Of a DNA stretch of 64,000 nt, positions 26,675-37,100 are shown piece after piece. The stretch's first letter is position 1. Every line of letters begins with the position of its first letter. The notes beneath the pieces were generated by a model that had not been told where the DNA came from, searched no databases, and worked only from the letters and a program-made list of their open reading frames with translations. This DNA comes from Euryarchaeota archaeon UBA463 (GTDB lineage: Archaea > Thermoplasmatota > Poseidoniia > Poseidoniales > Thalassarchaeaceae). Both the position numbers and the translations under genes were made by a program. The DNA is taken from NCBI GenBank assembly GCA_002501805.1, contig DAOI01000024.1, positions 12,224 to 76,223 on the forward strand, read 5' to 3'.

Positions 26675-29362
26675 ATGAATTTATTCAGTCCGCATCTCCC
26701 ATGGTTAGCTATGCCACGACGCGGGGCCATCTCGGTGATTGTGATATTCTTACTTCTATCATCTGCCTCTCAGATGGCAATAGCCAACAGTGGTGGAAAG
26801 TATAACTCTTCAAATGGATGTGGTTGTCATGGGGGTTCTGCGGCCTCTCCAACACCAACTCACAACTTTCCTACTACTTACTCGCCCGGACAGAGCTATT
26901 CATTGAATATAGGGATGAATGGGGGCGTATCTGGCTCCAAGGGAGGATTCAACTTACAGGTGTCCGATGGAACCCTAGCTACTGGGTTTGGAATTATGAA
27001 CACACAAGTCAACTCTGCAGGAAACCAAGCAACTCACCAATTCCCAGACTACAGAAGCTGGTCTTTGGACTGGACCGCTCCATCGGCTGGCTCTGGTACT
27101 GTTACATTCTCGCTCGCGGTGATGGCCGCAAATGGCAATGGAAATAATGCCGGAGATGGGTGGGCAACTCTAACTCATCAGTCAAGTGAGGACTCTGGCT
27201 CCACAAACACCCCCCCTACGGCATCATCAGTGAGCTATGTTCCATCCTCTCCAACTAAGGAGACTGGACTGGGAGTCAGCTACACATACTACGACGAGGA
27301 CGGTGATTTCGAGCAAGGCACATCTATCCACTGGTTCAGGGATGGTCTCAGAGTTACTCAGATTGATGATCTAACTGATATCCCCAATTCTTGGATTTCC
27401 AAAGATCAGAGCTGGAGAGTAGAGGTTACTCCCAATGATGGAAATGAATTTGGAGATACGGTTTCCTTAGATCCTATCTCAATAGGAAATACTGCACCGA
27501 TTGCCAGAGACTTGTCAATAGGTCCAGAATCTCCAATGGATGATGACGACCTCATATTGAACTGGGAGTACTATGACCTTGATGGAGATCCACAAGATGA
27601 CCAACAGACTACAATTTACTGGTTCCTAGATGGCTCTAGAGTCCCGGAGTTAGACGGAGAAGAAGCAGTCTCCAGCTTTATGATTAGGTCGGGTGATGAA
27701 TGGGAGGTTTCTATCACTCCTCATGATTCCTCGGACTTCGGACTAACAGTTTACAGTGGGATAGTTGTAATAGGATCTTCCAATACGGGGCCCTCAGTTT
27801 CTGCATTCATCTCCACTACTGGAAATACTGTAACTACCGACTCCTTACAACTAATTTACACCCCCTACGATCCTGATGGGGATACAATCCAGTCTACAGA
27901 AATTCGATGGTTCAGAGATTCTGCCATGGTGGCAGCATTCAATGACGAGACAGTGGTTGACCCATCCTTCACCTCCAAGGGAGAAACGTGGGAGTCCCAT
28001 GTTCGAGTATTCGATGGCCTAGTCTGGTCTGAGTGGTTCGTAACAGATTCTGTAATTATTGTTAATACCCCTCCAGTTGTCACCAATATCTCACTCTTGC
28101 CACATGGAAAACTGACAACTGACTCTGATCTGTATGTGGAATGGGAGCAATTTGATATCGACGGGGATTTGGAGCAAGCCAGTCAAATTAGATGGTGGGT
28201 TGATGGTGAGTGGATCACTGACTATGATGGCCTTTACTCAATACCATCCTCTGAGGTGGATAGAGATGAACACTGGTCAGTACAAGTCATCCCAGGAGAT
28301 GGAGAGGGCCTCGGGACCTCAATGAAGACCAACTCGAGAGTAGTTGAAAATGCTCGACCAATAATCCTAGAAGTTACTCTGGAGAACTCACCAATTGGGG
28401 ATATGGTAACCTCTCCAGACTCTTTGAATGATCTGCTGGCAATTACCATAACTAGGGATCCCGACAATGAACCTGTCGAACTCGACTACTCATGGTTCAG
28501 GGATGGTTTCATCGTTTCTGATCTAGGTGGAAACGATACTGTAAACTCGAACAGACTAGAGCCAGGACAACTTTGGGAAGTGGTAGTAACTGCGACAGAT
28601 CCATGGGGGCTGGGTACTAATTCCTCAGCTTCAGTAACAATAGCAAACCTACCTCCGGTCCCACTCTGGTCCGTAACTCCATCTCCTCCAATATCTGGGT
28701 CTGTAGCTACCTTTGATGCAACCAGCTCCTTTGATCTAGATGGAGAAGTTTCATCCTATCTGTGGATAATAGACGGTGTTGAGGTATCTGGAAGTTCTAT
28801 TGATGTCATTATGGGGCCGGGACCTCACTCTATCTCGCTGACTGTAACTGACAATATGCAGGAAGTCCAATCATCGACTTCGAGCATTGTCTATGACGAA
28901 CCGCAGACTCCTCTATCCCTTGTAGCAACTCTGGATGGAGATCAAGTGAACCTAGTTTGGGCTGGTTCATCAGATGAATATAGGATTTACAGATCTACTA
29001 CGCCGATATCTTCAGTAGTTGGACTAACGATGTTCGATGAGATTCCAGTGTGGGGTGAACCAATACCCACTCCATTGACCCCTGTCGGCTCTACTACATA
29101 TCAGGAATGGAGCGAACCCGTCCCTGTTGCTACTACACTGTACTATGTCGTGACATCAGTAGTTGAAAACCAAGAGGTAGTTTGGATTGTCGATGGACAG
29201 AATCACATCAGTGTAGATGCGACTTCCATTGCTTCAGCCACACAAGAATCAACTGAGGAAGTGTCCCCTACCATATCGTTAGCAATATCCGGATTAATGG
29301 CCACTCTGGGTGTTCTATCTCTGATATTTGCTCTCACAGAGGCAAGGAGGAAATCAGAATGA
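26675..29362 (+). CDS. Large secreted surface protein: N-terminal CGCHG module, five tandem repeats of about 96 aa, PKD-like and FN3-like domains, C-terminal TM anchor
   Basis: Has a signal peptide (RRGAISVIVIFLLLSSASQMAIA), the NGCGCHG motif, five repeats (aa about 180-660), a PKD-like segment (VATFDATSSFDLDGEVSSYLWIIDG) and a C-terminal TM helix followed by ARRKSE. An alternative start is ATG 26711. Confidence 0.7.
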   Translation: MNLFSPHLPWLAMPRRGAISVIVIFLLLSSASQMAIANSGGKYNSSNGCGCHGGSAASPTPTHNFPTTYSPGQSYSLNIGMNGGVSGSKGGFNLQVSDGTLATGFGIMNTQVNSAGNQATHQFPDYRSWSLDWTAPSAGSGTVTFSLAVMAANGNGNNAGDGWATLTHQSSEDSGSTNTPPTASSVSYVPSSPTKETGLGVSYTYYDEDGDFEQGTSIHWFRDGLRVTQIDDLTDIPNSWISKDQSWRVEVTPNDGNEFGDTVSLDPISIGNTAPIARDLSIGPESPMDDDDLILNWEYYDLDGDPQDDQQTTIYWFLDGSRVPELDGEEAVSSFMIRSGDEWEVSITPHDSSDFGLTVYSGIVVIGSSNTGPSVSAFISTTGNTVTTDSLQLIYTPYDPDGDTIQSTEIRWFRDSAMVAAFNDETVVDPSFTSKGETWESHVRVFDGLVWSEWFVTDSVIIVNTPPVVTNISLLPHGKLTTDSDLYVEWEQFDIDGDLEQASQIRWWVDGEWITDYDGLYSIPSSEVDRDEHWSVQVIPGDGEGLGTSMKTNSRVVENARPIILEVTLENSPIGDMVTSPDSLNDLLAITITRDPDNEPVELDYSWFRDGFIVSDLGGNDTVNSNRLEPGQLWEVVVTATDPWGLGTNSSASVTIANLPPVPLWSVTPSPPISGSVATFDATSSFDLDGEVSSYLWIIDGVEVSGSSIDVIMGPGPHSISLTVTDNMQEVQSSTSSIVYDEPQTPLSLVATLDGDQVNLVWAGSSDEYRIYRSTTPISSVVGLTMFDEIPVWGEPIPTPLTPVGSTTYQEWSEPVPVATTLYYVVTSVVENQEVVWIVDGQNHISVDATSIASATQESTEEVSPTISLAISGLMATLGVLSLIFALTEARRKSE
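27212..28654 (+). repeat. Five tandem in-frame coding repeats (about 288 bp / 96 aa each) inside the surface protein gene
   Basis: Each unit carries [YW]-x-x-[YF]-D-x-DGD ... [IY]-x-W-[FW]-x-DG ... W-x-V-x-[VI]-x-P-x-DG ... N-x-x-P. Examples are YTYYDEDGD/IHWFRDG/WRVEVTPNDG, WEYYDLDGD/IYWFLDG/WEVSITPHD, YTPYDPDGD/IRWFRDS, WEQFDIDGD/IRWWVDG/WSVQVIPGDG and YSWFRDG/WEVVVTATD. The copies have diverged at the DNA level. Confidence 0.8.
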
Positions 29363-30432
29363 AAAGGAACGCAGTCGTGGTGCTTATTTGTATCACACTG
29401 ATTCTAGCCCCGGGTAGCTCTGTTGCAAACCCAGGAGGAAACGGCGATGGTAATAGGGACTACTCTTGCGGAGGATCCTGTCATGGCGATCCTGCACTAA
29501 GTATGCCATCAGATGCAACCATTGAGATCACACTCGGGAATGAGGCATTTTCAGGACAGGCTGTCGCCATTCATGTTACAATAGACGGTATCAGTACCCC
29601 CAGCCAGATAGTTGGAATATTCATCCTAGGTTCCCTGAATGGAAATTCAGATACTCCAGAAGACCATGGTTGGCATTTGATTCAAGATCCTAACGGGGGC
29701 TCATCCAACTATATCGAGACGAAGGTATCTCCCTCTGGCTCAGTTACAGTAACGTGGGTTTTACTTTCGCCTGAGAGTTCTGGCATCCATACCCTGTATG
29801 CAGAGATCCACCATGGTTCTTATGCGGGGGACAAGGCATTCTCGGGTGTTAGTGAACCGTTTGAGGTTAATGTCCAAGACGTCCCTGAAGGCCTTCCTGG
29901 TCTAGCCGATGACTGGGTTGCTCCCTCATTCAGAGTCTCCGGGGATAGCAGTCCATTGTCCATCAGCACTAGGAACTCGACTGACATAACTGTGGAATGG
30001 ATGCTTGACGGAGAGTGGAACCCTACTACTGCAGAGTTGGTTTGTAAAGAAGACTCAGAAGATGTATGTAATGACTGGGAAGTAAGTATTCCTGCTACTA
30101 TGGGTGAGGCAAATATCCTGTACAGAGTAACAACGTTCAATGGAACCTTCTCCATAGAACAGCCCTGGCTGAAGATGGGAACCGCCCCCCCTCCATTCGA
30201 GGGCGAGGTGTGGTCAGCCAGAGCACACTCTTTCGCCTTCGCGTTATTGATAATTTCATTTTTAGTCACTCTACAAGCTCGGCTATATCCTCCTAATCAG
30301 AGAGATGATATGGACCAGACTCAGATAGTGGCCTCATCAGAGATGATCAGGTCTGAGGAGAACCCTGGATGGCTGTGGAATCCGGATACTCAGGAGTGGG
30401 TAGAAGATCCAGATTATGAAGGGGGCAACTAA
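29359..30432 (+). CDS. Secreted, C-terminally anchored protein with a paralogous N-terminal SCGGSCHG module
   Basis: Its start overlaps the upstream stop as ATGA. It has a signal peptide (VVVLICITLILAPGSSVA), then NPGGNGDGNRDYSCGGSCHG, a beta-rich body, a TM helix (FAFALLIISFLVTL) and an acidic tail. Confidence 0.6.
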   Translation: MKRNAVVVLICITLILAPGSSVANPGGNGDGNRDYSCGGSCHGDPALSMPSDATIEITLGNEAFSGQAVAIHVTIDGISTPSQIVGIFILGSLNGNSDTPEDHGWHLIQDPNGGSSNYIETKVSPSGSVTVTWVLLSPESSGIHTLYAEIHHGSYAGDKAFSGVSEPFEVNVQDVPEGLPGLADDWVAPSFRVSGDSSPLSISTRNSTDITVEWMLDGEWNPTTAELVCKEDSEDVCNDWEVSIPATMGEANILYRVTTFNGTFSIEQPWLKMGTAPPPFEGEVWSARAHSFAFALLIISFLVTLQARLYPPNQRDDMDQTQIVASSEMIRSEENPGWLWNPDTQEWVEDPDYEGGN

Positions 30433-31025
30433 TGATGGTAGGTGCTGCAACATTCCACACTGCCATGGCAGAGATTGTAGTTGGCTCCATGGTTCTGGCC
30501 ACTCTATGCGCCATAGGTTGCTCAATATCTCGAATACTCCCCTCCTCAGAAATCAATAATGAATCTCTGATGGTTACGATGGACAGAGCATCCCTAGCTG
30601 GCTCTGCTTTGGCTCTAATTTTCCTCCCGATAGCCATTCTCAGTGGAAATGTTGCGGCCGATGGTCAAGCAGAAAGTGCACTTCTGTACAATAAGTTCGT
30701 CTACAGCGGGCTTGCTCTGGGCTTCTGGAGCGCTTTCGTCATTGGAAGAATCAGGATGGGCCCGGGGTTGTGGGAAGAGAGGCCTCTGGCGATTCTTCAG
30801 TCCACCACAGCAGGTTTTGCATTTCTGATGACTTCCATGGCATCATCTATCGGAGGTAAACTAGTCAGAGGAGAGTCACTGTTCGACGTCTTCCCTTTCT
30901 GGCTCCCTACTGAAACCGCTGCGATACTGCCACTTTGGGCGTCTGCGTCCTTGTTAATCCTAGGAATAACATCCTCAGCACTGGTTTTTAGATTCACTCT
31001 ACCGAAGATTGCTAGGATAGAATAA
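30432..31025 (+). CDS. Hypothetical integral membrane protein (about 5 TM helices)
   Basis: Its start overlaps the upstream stop as TAATG. Hydrophobic segments run throughout, there is a single His near the N-terminus (FHTAMAE), and no family is recognised. Confidence 0.55.
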   Translation: MMVGAATFHTAMAEIVVGSMVLATLCAIGCSISRILPSSEINNESLMVTMDRASLAGSALALIFLPIAILSGNVAADGQAESALLYNKFVYSGLALGFWSAFVIGRIRMGPGLWEERPLAILQSTTAGFAFLMTSMASSIGGKLVRGESLFDVFPFWLPTETAAILPLWASASLLILGITSSALVFRFTLPKIARIE

Positions 31026-31027
31026 TA

Positions 31028-32263
31028 TTATTCTAGATTCAGGAATATCTCCTCAAGTCTAGTGGAAAAAACCTCAGGATTTAACCCCATCTTGGAAATG
31101 CTTGCTCTTCCGTTCTCTGACCATAAGGAGCGATTGTGAGTGTCTTTGGCCTCTTCAAGAGCCGCATGCCATGCTGAGTAGTCATCTCTGGGAAGAAGCC
31201 TCCCTGAAACCCCATCCGTAATTGTCTCCCTGAATCCGCCCTCATCCACGAAAAGAGCAGGCGTACCTAGGGACTGGGCCTCTATTGGAGTAAGTCCGAA
31301 AGGTTCTGAATGGGCCATACTGACTACCGCAACTGCCCCTCTAATAAGACTACAAAGTTCGGTCGACTCAAGTCTCGGAGCTACCCAAATCTCGACCTTA
31401 CTCGATTTCGCATGTTCAATCAATGCATCAATTGACTCCTCTTCACCTCCTCCTACCAGTGCAAGGGACAAACCACTATCTGTCAGCATGGAAATCGTCT
31501 CCCAAGTTCCTTTCACCCAACTCGCTCTTCCTATGGTTACTACATACGGCCCCTCGATTCCAACCAAGGGAGACGCCTCAGAACTTGGAGATTCAGAGGG
31601 AAACTCTTCGGGATCTAAACTAGGAGGCAACACCCCCGACGGAATTCCATATACATCACCGATTCTCGAGGATGTGAACTTTGAATTCCCACTGATTGCA
31701 GTCCTATCCCTAGATGAAAGCATCCTGATCTTAGACAGGTCCTTTCTTCTAGCCATACTCAAAGCCACCCTAGTCAAGCTGAGGTTACGTCTAGGGGATC
31801 CATCTATCATCCGATGTAAGACATCCTCATGAAGGCCTCGATGCGGTTCAAGAAGGTGTAAATGCAAAGAAATACCATCAGGAATGATTTCCAACATGGA
31901 TAGGCTCCCATCACCACTGGTCAGGTGAATATATTCCAAATCGACAAAACTCTCAACTAGTCCTACGACTGATTTCCAACTCTGCAAAGAACTGGAGAAT
32001 TCTTTATTCAATATCCTAGATACAGCCTCTCGGGGAGGCTTCCAATAAATATCCGGCTTCATTAGTTTAATATCATATTCTTCACAAATCGAGTCGAGCT
32101 GTAGAGCACTGTCAAGAGTGGCCACAGAAACCTCGAATTTCTTTGATAGAGCAGGAAGGTTTCTGATAATATCCCTTTCAGCCCCTCCCATTGCGGAGAA
32201 GCTACCCTTGGCAACGAGTAATCTGGCTCGGACCCTACCCGCTCCCTCGCCATTACGCGCCAT
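31028..32263 (-). CDS. Glycosyltransferase, GT4 (GT-B fold) family
   Basis: The C-terminal motif EPFGLTPIEAQSLGTPALFVDEGGFRETI is typical of GT4 (E-x7-E region). Confidence 0.8.
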   Translation of the reverse strand: MARNGEGAGRVRARLLVAKGSFSAMGGAERDIIRNLPALSKKFEVSVATLDSALQLDSICEEYDIKLMKPDIYWKPPREAVSRILNKEFSSSLQSWKSVVGLVESFVDLEYIHLTSGDGSLSMLEIIPDGISLHLHLLEPHRGLHEDVLHRMIDGSPRRNLSLTRVALSMARRKDLSKIRMLSSRDRTAISGNSKFTSSRIGDVYGIPSGVLPPSLDPEEFPSESPSSEASPLVGIEGPYVVTIGRASWVKGTWETISMLTDSGLSLALVGGGEEESIDALIEHAKSSKVEIWVAPRLESTELCSLIRGAVAVVSMAHSEPFGLTPIEAQSLGTPALFVDEGGFRETITDGVSGRLLPRDDYSAWHAALEEAKDTHNRSLWSENGRASISKMGLNPEVFSTRLEEIFLNLE

Positions 32264-32307
32264 GAACCTCCATCCTCCGTCCTCGTTTAAGTCCGATACG
32301 CCTTGGT

Positions 32308-33396
32308 GTGGCCATGGTGAGCAGAGTTCTGCTAGTCAGAGGGGGGCGCCTCGCTGAGAACTCGGGCTTAGGTAGAGCTCATCAGGCGATCGAGTCATTA
32401 TTGGAAAAGGCGCTTGTACCGCAGTGGACTAAAGTCGGAACTATCGAGCACGAACAAGTAACCGGACTTGTTCAAAGAGCAGTAAAGAGATGGTATACTC
32501 ATCCTAGGTCAGTGACAAAATTATCAGAATCCACGCCTGCAGATATTATTCACATTACTGACCAGGAACAGGCCCATCTGGTTCCCAAGAACTGTCCAGT
32601 ACCGGTAATAGTCACAGTTCACGACCTCTTCCATATTAGCCCCAGAAAGATAATCGGGGGAGATGTTACTGTATCAGTCGGAGAACAAAATCCAGGCCTT
32701 TTCAGAAGAAGAGACTTGAAGATGCTGAAGAAGGGCCTAGAGAGGGCGGATATGATAATTTGCATCTCTGAAAGTACTCTAATGGATGTCAGGAGGATGT
32801 TTCCTGGAAAGAAAACGGCTCTTGTAAGACACCAGATAGACACAGAATATTGGAGCCCGTTCTCAAATCCCAAACCACGGGAGCTTCTAGGGGAATTCGA
32901 TAGTGAATCCAAGATGTTGGTAGTAACCTTGGGAAGTAATGAAGAGAGGAAAAGGCTAAATTTCGCTAAAAAGGTGATTTCTTCATTACCCGATGAGGTT
33001 TCAAAAGATATCAATACGATTCACATCGGAAGCGAGGTCAAGCTTACCGATGAACAATTACTGGCCGCCTTACAGAGCGCGGAGGTCCTACTCTTCCCCA
33101 GTGCTAGTGAAGGATTCGGATACCCCCCGGCTGAGGCAATGGCCGCCGGTTGTCCTGTCATAGCATCAGATCTTCCGGCTCATAATGAGATAATTCCCAG
33201 CAGGTGCCTTCTTCCCGCTACCTCTACTCAGGATTGGGTGGATGAGATAGTACGAATCCACTCTGAGTGGAGAGCCGCGGGACAGGTTCCCAGACATCCC
33301 TCAGAGGAATTGATGAATCACATAGAGGACCTCCTAAGTCCAAAATCTCAAGGCGCCTCACTCGCTGAAGCATACAGCGATGCACTAAATAAATGA
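32308..33396 (+). CDS. Glycosyltransferase, GT4 (GT-B fold) family
   Basis: Has the EGFGYPPAEAMAAGCPVIASDLPAHNEII motif. It is divergent from the other GT4 gene. GTG 32308 or ATG 32314. Confidence 0.8.
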   Translation: MAMVSRVLLVRGGRLAENSGLGRAHQAIESLLEKALVPQWTKVGTIEHEQVTGLVQRAVKRWYTHPRSVTKLSESTPADIIHITDQEQAHLVPKNCPVPVIVTVHDLFHISPRKIIGGDVTVSVGEQNPGLFRRRDLKMLKKGLERADMIICISESTLMDVRRMFPGKKTALVRHQIDTEYWSPFSNPKPRELLGEFDSESKMLVVTLGSNEERKRLNFAKKVISSLPDEVSKDINTIHIGSEVKLTDEQLLAALQSAEVLLFPSASEGFGYPPAEAMAAGCPVIASDLPAHNEIIPSRCLLPATSTQDWVDEIVRIHSEWRAAGQVPRHPSEELMNHIEDLLSPKSQGASLAEAYSDALNK

Positions 33397-33460
33397 CTAA
33401 CTGGAATAGCTTGGTGCACGGACAACCACTGATTATAAACTCGCCAATTCTCGATAGTAC

Positions 33461-34165
33461 ATGCTGGAGGTCAATGGGCTAAAGAAGGGCTTCGGCTCTG
33501 GCAGGAGGAGACTTGAGGTCCTGAAGGGGATAGACCTCAAAATAGAATCCGGAGAGCTCGTAGCTCTTATGGGACCTTCCGGATGTGGAAAGTCCACTCT
33601 GTTGAATATCATAGGTGGCCTTTTGGAGGCCGATTCAGGTTCCATTTCCCTTACTGAGTTCGAGTATGGTACTTATCCTCCGAGCAGAGTCGTGGATGTT
33701 AGGAGGAAAGGAGTGGGATGGATTTTCCAGGACTTCCATCTTGTGGATAGGCTATCTGCCTTGGACAATGTCATTTTCGCACTCGAGCTCTCTGGCGTAC
33801 CGTCCTCTCAAGCAGAGAGTCAGGCAATAGATGCCCTCAGGAAGGTGGGTCTGTCTGATAGGATGAACTTCATCCCCGACCAGCTTTCTGGTGGACAGAG
33901 GCAGAGAGTGGCCATAGCTAGGGCAATTTCTGGCTCCAGACCGCTTATTCTAGCCGACGAGCCAACTGGGAATCTTGATGTCAAGAGCGCTGAGGGGATA
34001 CTCGATCTGTTCAAGGAACTCTGCCAGGACTACGGAATTTCCGTACTAATGGTCACTCACGATCCCAATCTTGCGTCAAAGGCAGATAGGATGCTTCTCC
34101 TGAGGGATGGAGTAACCGCCGCTTCAGACATACGTTCTGCATGGGGAGTAGGGGGCAATCTCTGA
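33461..34165 (+). CDS. ABC transporter ATP-binding protein (MacB/LolD/FtsE-like)
   Basis: Has Walker [10 protein letters not shown], signature [14 protein letters not shown], Walker [13 protein letters not shown] and the H-loop VTHD. Confidence 0.9.
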   Translation: MLEVNGLKKGFGSGRRRLEVLKGIDLKIESGELVALMGPSGCGKSTLLNIIGGLLEADSGSISLTEFEYGTYPPSRVVDVRRKGVGWIFQDFHLVDRLSALDNVIFALELSGVPSSQAESQAIDALRKVGLSDRMNFIPDQLSGGQRQRVAIARAISGSRPLILADEPTGNLDVKSAEGILDLFKELCQDYGISVLMVTHDPNLASKADRMLLLRDGVTAASDIRSAWGVGGNL

Positions 34166-37100
34166 TGGATCTCTACTACCAAGAAAGTCACAGGCCCGCT
34201 AGGCCAATGACATTCGGAGAGGCGACAAAGACATGCCTAGTCAAGTCCGGAGACATGAATGGTAGGGCATCAAGATCCGAATTTTGGAGCTTCTTTCTAT
34301 TCTATGTGCCAATGATGCCAGGTCTTTGGGTCATCGACCTTTTCTTTACTATGGGAATTTATAGCCTATCATCTGAGATAGGAATTGGATTATTAGATAC
34401 ACTATTATTTGTCCCAGCGTCATATCTAGTGGTCTTAATGCAACTTGTCTTCCTCTACAGTTTCACAAGTGCTACTGTACGTCGATTACATGATGTTGGA
34501 AGAACGGGGTGGTGGCTACTTCTAACTCCTACACTTATAGGTCTTCTAGTGATTGGATTTTTCCTGTTCTTGGAGGGCGAGTCCAATAAGAACAAGTATG
34601 GCGCTGTACCTACAAATGACCCCATAGAAGCCTCTATGGCCGAGATTGTATCTGCGATTCCGGATAATTTGCTAATGTCCGCGAGAAGCGCTTGGATTGG
34701 CAGAGAAAGGGTTCTGGCAGTTTTCGCAGGAGTATTCCTAGCTTCACTCGTCATCACAACGGTCCTAGCCTACTCGGCAGGCCTCAGCGGCGCATTCCTG
34801 CAGTTTTCTCTCCAAGAGGAGATATTCGATGGTAAGGTGGACTTCGCAGAAGACCCGGGCTCTGATTCAGAGGGCAGAACGAACGACTCAACATTGTGGG
34901 AGTCAGCTTGCTCTGAGTTGATAGAGATGGAAGAGATTTCCGATTGTGGACTCGTGTTTGGCAGACAGGGAGTCAGGGTCAACGGGTTCTTTGATGAGGG
35001 AGGTATCATTCCACAACCGCTCAATGCTGTGGGTGCAACAGGAACCATTGGGGACTGGACTAATGTCAGTTGGGACTACCCAGAGGCATACGACTCAGGA
35101 CCGCCAATCAATGACAAGAGGACGATCAGATTCTACGGGGATGGGATATGGGACGGAGATTTGGGCGAACGACATGCCAATCGAGTGATATACGGTTCTT
35201 GGCCGGGCTCCGGCGAGGAAGCATCTGCAAATCGCTCGATTATCCTCCCTTCAGAGATCGCCAGTAAGGCAGGGGTAGGTGTCAACGATACCATAGACAC
35301 ACTGACTTTCTCCTACACCTACGATTATCTTGGATTCGCATCCATAGCCACAGGTTTCGATGACTGTCCCGGTGAGGAGTACTTCAACCAAGAATCAGGA
35401 TACCTTTACTGTCAGGTGAACATGACGGTATACGACCTGAAGGTTGTCGCGGTTTACCAAGAAGGAGGAGCGGGAAACCCCACTTTGCTTTTCAACCCAA
35501 TAATGGTATCAGATTCGGTACTTACTGAGAATCAGAAGCTCACTCTGATGAACAATGACCACGGTTATCTCGGTATCGCCATAGATAGAAACGAGCTCCC
35601 AGCGTCTTCCACCAGGGCGGCCACAGATTGGTTGGACGGTCTGAAAGGGGATATCGAAGGAGTAAACTATACATCAGGTAATGACATAATGATTGAGTAC
35701 AATGATTTGATTTCGGGAACGATAGGCTTCCTGAATATTTTCCTCGGGATAATCAGCGTGTTCGATTACATATTGATGATACCGATAGTCGTTCTTTCGT
35801 TCTCGGTCCTAATTTATGGCCTAGTACTATCACTGGAACAGAGGAGACGGGAGATTTCGATTCATAGGGTAATTGGAGGCACGGAGGCTGGTCTGACCTC
35901 AATGATACTCAGGGAACTGGCAGTGGTGGGCGTCATTGGTTGGTTTACAGGCTACCTCTTAGCGATGGCCTCCGTTCCAGTTGTTCTGGATGCTGTCGGA
36001 TTCATGGCATTCGAGAGAAGCGACTTCAGAGTCGTTCCAACTCTGAGCGGCCTCGTTACTCTACTGATATTCTTGGTAACCGTGGGGCTTACCTTACTGT
36101 TCGGAAACTCCCGGACCAAGGACTTCCTCAGCATTGAAATTGATGAGGGAGTCAGGAGAGTCGCTACAAGAAAGAAGTCAAGGCTATGGCTACACCTGAT
36201 AGTATTCTTCGTTGGAATCCTCTCATTCCTCGAGAGTTGGATAGAAAGCAATGGGGGCTTCGGACCAATTGCCTCGAGTGGGATAAGCTCAAACTTCGTC
36301 GTAGACGGACTTTTATTCATCTTTGGTCCATTCTTCCTTTGGATAGGGGGAGCACTAGTACTGGGAAGGATAGGCGCTTCCGGACCAAGGATTTTCACCA
36401 CTCTGTTCGGCTGGAGCCCGGTTCTAACTGACATTAAGAGAGGACTGAAGGGATCTGGATCAAGCGAGTCAGTGAATAGGCTAGCAATAATACTTCTACT
36501 AACACTGTCAATAGTAACAGTGGCCGCTGTACAGGGCTACACTGGGACATTAGTAGATGAGAGGACAACCTCGGCTCAGACAGGTGCAGACCTACAGGTT
36601 CAGTTTGAAGAGCCGGTTTCCCAACAACGTGCAATGGAAGAAGTGACCCTGGCGATCCAGAGGGCTGGAGAGTCCGAGATCGACTCAATAGACTATGTGA
36701 CCTCAGTGGGGGACATATTCACCAATCAGAAAGGGGAAGGCTCTCTACTCAGGACATGGATTCTATTCGACGGGCATGAGAATACTCTCCAATGGGATGA
36801 GCAGACCATCCCAGATGATGATATTGATATTGTATCGGCTCAGTGGTCATCCTTCGGATTTACCGCTGGCTCTTCTGCCAGAAGTCAACTTGATATCTCT
36901 AGAAATGACATAGGCTCCAACACAACCATAGAGTACACATCATACAGTTTCGGCGGTTTAGACAGCGACATGAACCCAATCATCACTACTACTGTTACTG
37001 TGGCAGAAATTACCTACATGGGTGGGCACAGGTGGGTCCCAGGACTACAATCCTCTGAAGCAAATCAGGCAATAGTCATTGGAGAGGCTACCTACAAAGA

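Noticed and set aside
35952-36434. 160-aa ORF antisense to the giant ABC permease. Other antisense ORFs lie at 34455..34757, 34770..35048 and 37088..37420.
   Set aside because: These are shadow ORFs inside a gene with strong FtsX/DUF805 evidence. They have no motifs and no plausible starts with ribosome-binding sites.
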